Assembly (NCBI GenBank): GCA_964479815.1
Contig: CAYZNP010000001.1
Location: 1-34,611, forward strand
Reading direction: 5' to 3'
Length of the DNA: 34,611 nucleotides
Origin: Candidatus Micrarchaeota archaeon
GTDB lineage: Archaea; Micrarchaeota; Micrarchaeia; Anstonellales; Bilamarchaeaceae
Part shown: in pieces, positions 16,500-23,571 of the stretch
Layout: each line of letters starts with the position of its first letter
Position numbering within the stretch: the first letter of the stretch is position 1
Notes under the pieces: generated by a model
Seen by the model: only the letters and a program-made list of their open reading frames with translations
The model's database searches: none
What the model was told of the DNA's origin: nothing
Translations under genes and position numbers: made by a program

Positions 16500-16570
16500 G
16501 GATAGGGATACACAGCAACGAAAGGTGAGCCATCACCATCTGGTGGCATTTTTCGTGAGAGGTAGTCTTC

Positions 16571-17434
16571 TTGGATGACTGGACATTCAAATCCATAACC
16601 ATACTGCCCGGCACGGACAAGGCCGGCAAGCCTGAGGGATTTGACAGGCTGACGCTGAAGCCAGGCGACGTGCTGTCCATAGTTGGGCCGACCGGCTGCG
16701 GCAAGACGACGTTCATAAACGACCTGGAGCTGTTCGCAAGGGGAGACACCATAACCCGGCGTCACGTGCTTGTCAACGATGCCGTGCCGAGCCGCGATTT
16801 CACCGATGACGCATCTAGGAACCCGATTGCGCTGATAACGCAGAACACCAAATGCCTGGCAGACCTCAGCGTGCACGCTTTCCTCACCGTGCACGCAAGG
16901 GCCCGCAAGATAACCAGCCCGGCGGTCGTCACCGAAACCGTGGGCCTGGCGAACAAATTCACCGGCGAGCCCATAGACCCGGAGAGCAAGACGACCACCC
17001 TTTCAGGAGGGCAGACGCGGGCCATGCTCATCGCCGACGCCATAGTAATAGGCAACGCACCGGTCATCCTCCTGGACGAGATAGAGAATGCCGGCATATT
17101 CAAGGACGAGGCCCTGGCGGAGATAAAGCGCCACAAGAAGGCAGTCATCTTCGTCACCCACGACCCGTCCGTCTCGCTGCTTTCTGACCGGCGCTTGGTC
17201 ATGAAGAACGGCGCAGTGGTCAAGATAATTGAGTTCAGCGCGGACGAGGACACGGCCCGTGACCGGGCGCTGTTCTACGACCGGAAGATCGCCGAGCTGC
17301 GCGAGCACGTCCGGCAGGGCAAGCTGGTCTCCAAGCATCTGCTGGCTGAGCTCGACCGGAAATACCGTGAGACCGACATGGGCTCCGCAGAGCCGGCAAA
17401 AGCCGGCAAAAACGAGGAAGAGGCAGGGATATGA
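16571..17434 (+). CDS. Stand-alone ABC-type ATPase (single nucleotide-binding domain, no cognate permease in the window)
   Basis: Walker A GPTGCGKTT, Q-loop ITQN, signature LSGGQ, Walker B ILLDEIE, H-loop FVTHD, and a charged coiled C-terminal tail. The start is TTG, with no in-frame ATG before the Walker A. It is preceded by a GAGAGGT Shine-Dalgarno at 7-nt spacing. Confidence 0.75.
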   Translation: MDDWTFKSITILPGTDKAGKPEGFDRLTLKPGDVLSIVGPTGCGKTTFINDLELFARGDTITRRHVLVNDAVPSRDFTDDASRNPIALITQNTKCLADLSVHAFLTVHARARKITSPAVVTETVGLANKFTGEPIDPESKTTTLSGGQTRAMLIADAIVIGNAPVILLDEIENAGIFKDEALAEIKRHKKAVIFVTHDPSVSLLSDRRLVMKNGAVVKIIEFSADEDTARDRALFYDRKIAELREHVRQGKLVSKHLLAELDRKYRETDMGSAEPAKAGKNEEEAGI

Positions 17435-17508
17435 GTACGGCGCCAAAACGATTGTTTCATTATTCAATATATATTGTTTCAGCTCCATGAAACACAAGAG
17501 GTGAAGAT

Positions 17509-18219
17509 ATGAAACTGATAATAATAGCAGGACCGTCTTCGTCAGGCAAGACCGCCGTGGCAAAGCAGGTCATAAGGAAGCTGCAGAAGGATGATAAAAT
17601 CTCCTACCTGAAGATAGACGTCGTCAGGGCGTTCGAGGACGAGGAGATACGCAAGGAATTCGGGATTCCGGCCAAGAAAATATATTCCGGGGACCTGTGC
17701 CCTGACCATGCCGGCGTGATGGTGATCGGCGATGCCATAGACTGGGCCGAGAAGAACGGCTCCACCCTGCTTCTCATCGAAAGCGCAGGCCTGTGCCTCC
17801 GCTGCTCCCCCTACCTGACGCAGGGGCTCGGCATAGTGACCCTCAGCGCAGAAAGCGGCATGAACACGCCGCTGAAGATGGGCGCGATGCTCGGGCTCGC
17901 GGACCTGGCGGTGGTCACGAAGATTGACCTGGTTTCCCAGGCAGAGCGCGAGGTTTTCAGGGAAAAGATAAAGGAGGTCCGGGGCGACATGAAGATAATA
18001 GAGACCAACGCGCTCCAGGGCACTGCCATAGAGAGGCTTGCCGATGCGGTCCGTGAATCAAAGGATATAGACCCCAAGAACCTCTATCTCAAGGGCACGC
18101 CCCCGCTGGGAACGTGCACGCTGTGCGTGGGCATCAAGAAGATTGGATGGAAAAACCACTTCGGCGTCATACGCAAGCTGGAAGGCGGCGTGGCCGATTA
18201 CATGTACCGCGGGGAATGA
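17509..18219 (+). CDS. G3E-family (HypB/UreG-like) P-loop GTPase metallochaperone with a C-terminal CxxC extension
   Basis: Walker A GPSSSGKT. SGDLCPDHAGVM resembles the HypB GxCHLDAHM metal site. LLLIESAGLCLRCSP resembles ENVGNLVCP. VVTKIDL is the NKxD equivalent. There is an extra roughly 45-aa tail with GTCTLCVG. A strong Shine-Dalgarno, GAGGTGA, lies 5 nt upstream. Confidence 0.7.
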   Translation: MKLIIIAGPSSSGKTAVAKQVIRKLQKDDKISYLKIDVVRAFEDEEIRKEFGIPAKKIYSGDLCPDHAGVMVIGDAIDWAEKNGSTLLLIESAGLCLRCSPYLTQGLGIVTLSAESGMNTPLKMGAMLGLADLAVVTKIDLVSQAEREVFREKIKEVRGDMKIIETNALQGTAIERLADAVRESKDIDPKNLYLKGTPPLGTCTLCVGIKKIGWKNHFGVIRKLEGGVADYMYRGE

Positions 18220-18230
18220 GGTGCATCTGC

Positions 18231-18887
18231 ATGACTACGAAAATAAACTGGAAGCCGCCGGGAAAGAACTGCGGCATGTGCGGCGCGAAGAGCTGCGCTG
18301 AGCTGGTAAGGCTGGTCCAGGAAGGGAAGAAGGACCCGGGAGAGTGCCCGTTCTACAGCTCGGATCAGGGCGGCATATGCGAAGTGAAGCATGACTACGG
18401 CACCAAGGACGTCCTGGGCGCGGAGTTCGATTTCGTGCTCGAGTCGCTGCCCGGCGAGAAGTCATCGCGCAAGATTGTGCTGCCTTTCCGCGGAGACCTC
18501 GTGGAGAAGATGGGCATAAAGAAGGGCGATATAGTGCTCGGCAGGCCCATGGGTCAGGGTTGCCCGCTCCAGCATGTGATTGAGGTGATTGACGCGGATC
18601 CGATCAGCGGCGTCATAACCGGCTGGGTGGTTGGGCCGAAGTTCGCGCGCGACAGGGCCGCAGCCAGCATCAAGGACGTGAAGGCCTACCATGTCATTGC
18701 CTTCGAGGGCATCGCCCGCAAGGTGAAGCGCGACCCCATATTCGGCCTGCGGCAGCGCTTCCTGCCAGGCTACTGCATGATGGGCCTGGGCCACACCGCA
18801 GTGGTCAACACGGTCCTCAAGCGCGACGACGGGAAAATATTCGTGCACCTGGAGGACATCCGGGTGGGAGTGGCATGCAGCCCCTGA
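18231..18887 (+). CDS. Fe-S protein: N-terminal RnfB/CFeSP-type [4Fe-4S] motif plus a roughly 175-aa domain of unknown function
   Basis: PGKNCGMCGAKSCAELVRLVQEGKKDPGECP gives exactly Cx2Cx4Cx16C. I do not recognise the rest of the protein. GAGGTG lies 7 nt upstream of the ATG at 18231. An alternative ATG at 18216 overlaps the upstream stop (ATGA). The track start at 18114 was rejected. Confidence 0.65.
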   Translation: MTTKINWKPPGKNCGMCGAKSCAELVRLVQEGKKDPGECPFYSSDQGGICEVKHDYGTKDVLGAEFDFVLESLPGEKSSRKIVLPFRGDLVEKMGIKKGDIVLGRPMGQGCPLQHVIEVIDADPISGVITGWVVGPKFARDRAAASIKDVKAYHVIAFEGIARKVKRDPIFGLRQRFLPGYCMMGLGHTAVVNTVLKRDDGKIFVHLEDIRVGVACSP

Positions 18888-18925
18888 AGCAGGATGCGGC
18901 CAGCTCGATGTGAAAGGTGTGTCAT

Positions 18926-19963
18926 ATGGCAAAAGTGAAGCTCGGGAAACGATTTGTGGGCGATGGAGAGCCCTGCTACGTGGTATTCGAATGCGGGGCT
19001 ACTTTCAACGGCCTGGAGGGCGCTAAGAAGCTCGTCAAGGCCGCGGCAGATGCTGGCGCGGACGCCATAAAGTTCCAGGTGCTGGACCCGGACCGCCTCA
19101 TGGGCGACCACAGCCTCACAATATCCTATACCACAGCCACAGGCCCTAAGACCGGCAACCTCTACGACATCCTTAAGAAGCGCGTGCTCACGAAGGCGCA
19201 GTGGAAGGAGCTTAAGAAGCATGCGGACCAGCAGGGCATAACCTTCTGCGCCACAGCCTCCTTCCCCGACGAGGTGGACTTCCTGGTGGAAATCGGCTCT
19301 GCGGCCATCAAGATAAACGCCGGCGACGTCAACCACTACTATCTCATAGATTACGCATCGAAAAAGAAGGTGCCCATGATGCTCGACGGCAGGGCGAAGT
19401 ACGACGAGCTGGAAAAGGCAGTGGAGATATGCGAGAAGAACGGCAACAGGAACATAGTGATAATGCACTGCCCGTCCGGCTACCCTGCCCGCAACGACGG
19501 CGTGAATCTAAGCACGCTTTCCTCGCTTAAGGAGATATACGACTACCCCATAGGCTTTTCCGACCATTCGCGGGAGAAACTCATGAACTACCCAGCCATG
19601 GTGATGGGCGCGGACATCCTGGAGAAGACACTCACGCTCAACAAGAACGCCGAGGGCATCGAGCACCTCATGTCCCTGGAGCCCAAGGAGGCGAAGGAGT
19701 TCGTGGCTGAGGTCCGTGCCATAGAGGAGGCCATCGGCTCGCCCCGCATCATGTTCAGCAAGAAGGTCAATGACTCGGCCAGGCGGAGCATCGCCGCGTC
19801 AAAAGACATCGCGGAGGGCGAGGAAATAACGCTCAAATCCATAGAGTTCAGGCGCCCGGGCAACGCCGGCGTCTCCTGCGCGGACTATGAGGCCGTATGT
19901 GGCAGGAAGGCGGCGAGGCACATCAGGAAGGACGAGTTCATCACCTGGGAGATGCTGGCCTGA
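18926..19963 (+). CDS. Divergent NeuB-family nonulosonic acid synthase (TIM barrel plus C-terminal SAF/antifreeze-like domain)
   Basis: CYVVFECGATFNG...AGADAIKFQ, IMHCPSGYP, IGFSDHS, LEKTLTLNK...EHLMSLEP, and a C-terminal RRSIAASKDIAEGEEIT (SAF). The canonical E-x-G-x-NH-x-G motif is replaced by ECGATFNG. The ATG at 18926 follows AAAGGTG. The track start at 18917 is GTG. Confidence 0.75.
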   Translation: MAKVKLGKRFVGDGEPCYVVFECGATFNGLEGAKKLVKAAADAGADAIKFQVLDPDRLMGDHSLTISYTTATGPKTGNLYDILKKRVLTKAQWKELKKHADQQGITFCATASFPDEVDFLVEIGSAAIKINAGDVNHYYLIDYASKKKVPMMLDGRAKYDELEKAVEICEKNGNRNIVIMHCPSGYPARNDGVNLSTLSSLKEIYDYPIGFSDHSREKLMNYPAMVMGADILEKTLTLNKNAEGIEHLMSLEPKEAKEFVAEVRAIEEAIGSPRIMFSKKVNDSARRSIAASKDIAEGEEITLKSIEFRRPGNAGVSCADYEAVCGRKAARHIRKDEFITWEMLA

Positions 19964-20829
19964 TGCTCTGGGCGCTCCTCTGCCTGCTGGCCGCAGTTGC
20001 GTCCACCGGCGCCATCGTCGTGAGCAAGCGGCTTGCGCAGGAGTGCGACCTGTTCCATGTGGCTGCCGCGCAGTTCTTTTTCACCGCGCTGTTCCTCGTG
20101 CCTGCCGCGGCCCTTATGCCAGCGCCGCCCGAAGGCTATGCGCTTCCGTTGCCCGCGGCCGGGGCGATTTTGCTGGCCGCGCTCCTGAACGTGTCCTCGG
20201 TTTACATATATCTCCGGGCGATAAAGTCCGGCAGCATATCTATCCTGGTGCCGCTCAGGAACACCACCCCGCTTTTCGTGGCGTTTCTAGCCATCGTGCT
20301 CCTCTCCGAGCAGGTGACTGCGACTGTGATCGGCGCGGCGCTGCTCATAGTTGCCGGCGCTGCGCTGCTCAACCAGGCTAGGGAGAAAGGCAAGGCAGCG
20401 CTCGCCCGCGGCGCCGGCGCCGCGCTACTGGTCGCGCTCATGGCCGCATTCGTGTTCATCATCGTGAAATACATAACAACCATCTCCGGCCCGGTACCAT
20501 ACCTTGTATTTTCTTCCCTCGCGGCCGCGGTCATCTCAGGTGCATTCCTGGCGCTCGCACCTGGCCTGCAGCCTTTCGTCCATGCCGCCAGGCGCCATGG
20601 CCGCGCGTTCCTGCTGCTGGGCATCCTTGCCGCAGCCGCCTCGCTTGCCACGGTGTACGCCATCTCCCTGGAAAAGGCGTCGGTGGTGTCGACCTTCCTG
20701 CGGGTGGAGCTGCTCTTCGCAGTGGCAGCCGGCGCTCTGTTTTTTAAGGAAGAAGTGGGGATATCAAAGATCGCAGGGGCCCTCCTAGTGCTTGCGGGGC
20801 TCGTGCTGGTAATCATGAGAGGCGGCTGA
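19963..20829 (+). CDS. EamA/DMT-superfamily transporter (about 10 TM)
   Basis: Two hydrophobic EamA-like repeats, ending in the typical AGALLVLAGLVLV tail. The ATG at 19963 overlaps the upstream stop (ATGA). The track start at 19897 was rejected. Confidence 0.7.
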   Translation: MLWALLCLLAAVASTGAIVVSKRLAQECDLFHVAAAQFFFTALFLVPAAALMPAPPEGYALPLPAAGAILLAALLNVSSVYIYLRAIKSGSISILVPLRNTTPLFVAFLAIVLLSEQVTATVIGAALLIVAGAALLNQAREKGKAALARGAGAALLVALMAAFVFIIVKYITTISGPVPYLVFSSLAAAVISGAFLALAPGLQPFVHAARRHGRAFLLLGILAAAASLATVYAISLEKASVVSTFLRVELLFAVAAGALFFKEEVGISKIAGALLVLAGLVLVIMRGG

Positions 20830-21855
20830 ATGGAAATGCCAAAGGAGCTCAGGGACGCGGTAGAGGCCGAATACCACTCGCTCGGCAGCATAGGGAGCTG
20901 GGCGGACGCAGGCGGCCACGCCATAAACAGCAAGAATTACGTGCTCACTTTCGCAGGTGGCAAAAAGCTGCTCTGCAAATACCTGGAAGGGGCGGACGAG
21001 GGCCGCCTCAGCTCACTGCTCGCCATCCTGGAGTTCTGCAGGAAAAAGGGCGCGAAGGTGCCCGCCCTGGCCCCATCGGATTCCGGAAGGGAAATCTGCA
21101 CGCACGGCCAGGGGCTCTTCTACCTCCGTGCCTTCCATGAGGGCGGATACTTCAGCGGCGGCATGGGAGAACTGGAGGATTTCGCCTCGTCGCTGGCAAA
21201 GCTCCACCACATACTCAAAGCATGCACGCTTGAATATCCGCTTTCTGCCCCGCAAAAAACCCACCTGCGCAAGTACGTGCACCCCAAGCCCGAGGAACTG
21301 GAGCGCATCAGGTCAGCGGCAGGGAGTAGCCATGCGGACGTGGACCGGCTTTTCCTCGCCAATTTCGATTTCCTGAAGTCAGAGTACGCTTCGGATGCCG
21401 GGCGGGAGCGCGGCATTGACCGGAGCAGGATACGCGAGCAATACGTGCACGGGGACCTCCATCCCCTCAACGTCATCTTCAATGGCGGCAGGACCGAGGC
21501 CATACTGGATTTCGACGGCCTTTCACACGGGGCACTGGCGTATGACGTCTCCTTCGCGTGCTTCCGCTTTGCCATGTACGGCGGCAAGGACAGCATGGCC
21601 GACATGAAAACCGCTGCGGCGCGTGCAAGGGTGTTCCTGGGGGCCTACGAGGCTAAAAATCCCCTGGACAAGGAGGAGCGCAGGCTTATCGGCCATTATT
21701 TCATCCACGAGTGCCTCAACCGCATAAGTTATATTCTTAGGGATAAAACAGATACTGGCGCGTGGAATTCCGATCTACGCAGGCAGTTGGATTATCTTAA
21801 CATGGCCAAGGCCATGAAAATAGAAAGACTGCTGGGGACTGGTGACAATGGCTAA
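20830..21855 (+). CDS. APH/choline-kinase-fold phosphotransferase (small-molecule or sugar kinase)
   Basis: Catalytic loop HGDLHPLNVIF (HxDxxxxN) followed by ILDFDG (DFD metal-binding). 341 aa. The start abuts the upstream stop. Confidence 0.7.
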   Translation: MEMPKELRDAVEAEYHSLGSIGSWADAGGHAINSKNYVLTFAGGKKLLCKYLEGADEGRLSSLLAILEFCRKKGAKVPALAPSDSGREICTHGQGLFYLRAFHEGGYFSGGMGELEDFASSLAKLHHILKACTLEYPLSAPQKTHLRKYVHPKPEELERIRSAAGSSHADVDRLFLANFDFLKSEYASDAGRERGIDRSRIREQYVHGDLHPLNVIFNGGRTEAILDFDGLSHGALAYDVSFACFRFAMYGGKDSMADMKTAAARARVFLGAYEAKNPLDKEERRLIGHYFIHECLNRISYILRDKTDTGAWNSDLRRQLDYLNMAKAMKIERLLGTGDNG

Positions 21856-22549
21856 GCGCATGGATAATCTCTGCATAATCCCGGCCAGGGGAGGCTCCAA
21901 GAGGATTCCGCGGAAGAATGTTGCGGAACTCTGCGGCAAGCCCCTCATCGCCTACACCATAGAGGCAGCCCTGCGCTCAGGCCTGTTCGGCGCAGTGGTG
22001 GTATCCACGGACGACGCTGAGATAGCGTCGGTTTCCCGCAGGTACGGCGCCGAAGTGATGGACCGCAGCAGCAGGCTCAGCGGCGACAGGGCCACGGTCA
22101 TAGATGTCTGCCTTGATGTCGTCGCCAGGTGCAAGAAGCAGGGCAGGCGCTTCAGGCGCCTGTGCATCCTCCTCCCAACCAGCCCGCTGCGTGATGCTGA
22201 CGACCTGCGCGCCGCGTTCAGGAAGTTCAGCAAAAGCAGCGCCAACGCGCTCATGGCAGTGACCACCTACGCGATTCCGCCGTTCTGGGCGCTCAAGGAG
22301 GAGAAGGGCTTCCTTGTTCCCTATTTCGGCCAGGACTGCATGGTGAGGAGCCAGGACCTGCCGGAGGTTTTCGTTGACAATGGCGCCATATACCTGTTCG
22401 ACATGGGCGCTTTCATGAAGGAGAAGCGCTTCTACTGCTCCAAGCTCGTGGCGTTCAGGATGCCCAGGGAGAAATCCGTGGACGTTGACACGCCTGCAGA
22501 CCTGAGCATGGCGGGGTTTTTCCTAAGGCAGAGGAGGCGCGGAAAATGA
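21848..22549 (+). CDS. CMP-nonulosonic acid synthetase (acylneuraminate cytidylyltransferase family)
   Basis: CIIPARGGSKRIPRKN, GKPLIAYTIEAA, LLPTSPLR, and NGAIY are classical NeuA/PseF/LegF motifs. The start is ambiguous: GTG 21842, ATG 21848 or ATG 21860. Confidence 0.8.
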   Translation: MAKRMDNLCIIPARGGSKRIPRKNVAELCGKPLIAYTIEAALRSGLFGAVVVSTDDAEIASVSRRYGAEVMDRSSRLSGDRATVIDVCLDVVARCKKQGRRFRRLCILLPTSPLRDADDLRAAFRKFSKSSANALMAVTTYAIPPFWALKEEKGFLVPYFGQDCMVRSQDLPEVFVDNGAIYLFDMGAFMKEKRFYCSKLVAFRMPREKSVDVDTPADLSMAGFFLRQRRRGK

Positions 22550-23556
22550 TCCTCGGCGTACTCGGATGCGGCTCCATAGGAAAGAGGCACATCGCCAACC
22601 TGCTCGCACTCGGCCTCCAGGTCGTGGCATCCGACCCCTCGGTCCAGGCGCTGGATGAAGTCAGAAAGGCACACGGTATCAGGACGTTCAGCAGCGCGGG
22701 GGCCATGCTCAAGGAAGCCAGCCCGGATGCGGTGCTGGTGTGCACGCCCACCCACCTCCATGCGGCCCATGCGGCGCTGGCGCTTGAGAACGGCTGCCAC
22801 GTATTCATAGAAAAGCCGGTTTCCGACAGGCTGGACGGCCTTGGCAAGCTTGAGGCCCTGGCCAGGAAAAAACGCAGGGTGGCGTTCGTGGCCTGCAACA
22901 TGAGGTTCCACCCTTCGGTCATGCACATGAAGGCAAGGCTGGAAAGCGGCGCCCTCGGAAAGATATACTCCGCCAGGCTGGAATTCGGCAATTACCTCCC
23001 TGACTGGCGGCCCGGAACGGACTACTCCAAGACCTACAGCGCGCACAGGGCACAGGGAGGCGGCATAATCCTGGACGCAGTGCACGAATTCGACTACCTT
23101 TCGTGGCTGCTGGGCGAGCCTTCGGACATCTTCTGCTTCGCAGGACGGCTGGGCGGCCTCAAGATAGACGTGGAGGACGCGGCCGGAGTGCTGGTGCGTA
23201 TGAAGAGCGGTGCAATCGCCGAAGCCCACCTTGACTACCTGCAGAGGAGCAAGAGGCGCTCGTGCCAGTTCATAGGCTCTAAAGGCACGATAATCTGGGA
23301 GAGCACAGGAAAAAACCCGGAGAAGTCAGTCGTCCGGGAATACCTTTCCGCGACCAAGCGCTGGAAGGTGCGTAAGGAGTCCCTCGGCGCCAAAGAGGCC
23401 AATGACATCTACGTGCGGGAGGTCAGGCATTTCATGGACTGCGTGCGCGGCACGGCAAAGCCGGTCTCCACCATAGCTGCCGGAAGGCTTGCGCTGGAGA
23501 TGGCGCTTGCGGCAAGGAAATCAGCGGAAAGCGGGAAGAAGATAGCATTCAAATGA
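22546..23556 (+). CDS. Gfo/Idh/MocA-family NAD(P)-dependent oxidoreductase
   Basis: N-terminal Rossmann LGVLGCGSIGKRH, VCTPTHLH, and the ENGCHVFIEKP (EKP) motif. ATGA overlap with the upstream gene, and a GAGGAGG Shine-Dalgarno. Confidence 0.8.
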   Translation: MILGVLGCGSIGKRHIANLLALGLQVVASDPSVQALDEVRKAHGIRTFSSAGAMLKEASPDAVLVCTPTHLHAAHAALALENGCHVFIEKPVSDRLDGLGKLEALARKKRRVAFVACNMRFHPSVMHMKARLESGALGKIYSARLEFGNYLPDWRPGTDYSKTYSAHRAQGGGIILDAVHEFDYLSWLLGEPSDIFCFAGRLGGLKIDVEDAAGVLVRMKSGAIAEAHLDYLQRSKRRSCQFIGSKGTIIWESTGKNPEKSVVREYLSATKRWKVRKESLGAKEANDIYVREVRHFMDCVRGTAKPVSTIAAGRLALEMALAARKSAESGKKIAFK

Positions 23557-23571
23557 AGATGAGGAGATGGC

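Noticed and set aside
16530-16556. Small hairpin (CACC-atct-GGTG) followed by ATTTTT in the same leader, considered as an attenuator or terminator.
   Set aside because: The stem is only about 4-6 bp and imperfect. That is not enough to call a terminator or riboswitch.
16525-16578. 17-codon GTG-initiated upstream ORF (VSHHHLVAFFVRGSLLG) in the leader of the ATPase gene. It has a His-rich start that could hint at a metal-sensing leader peptide.
   Set aside because: It is very short, has a non-ATG start without clear initiation signals, and no conservation data are available. It cannot be distinguished from chance.
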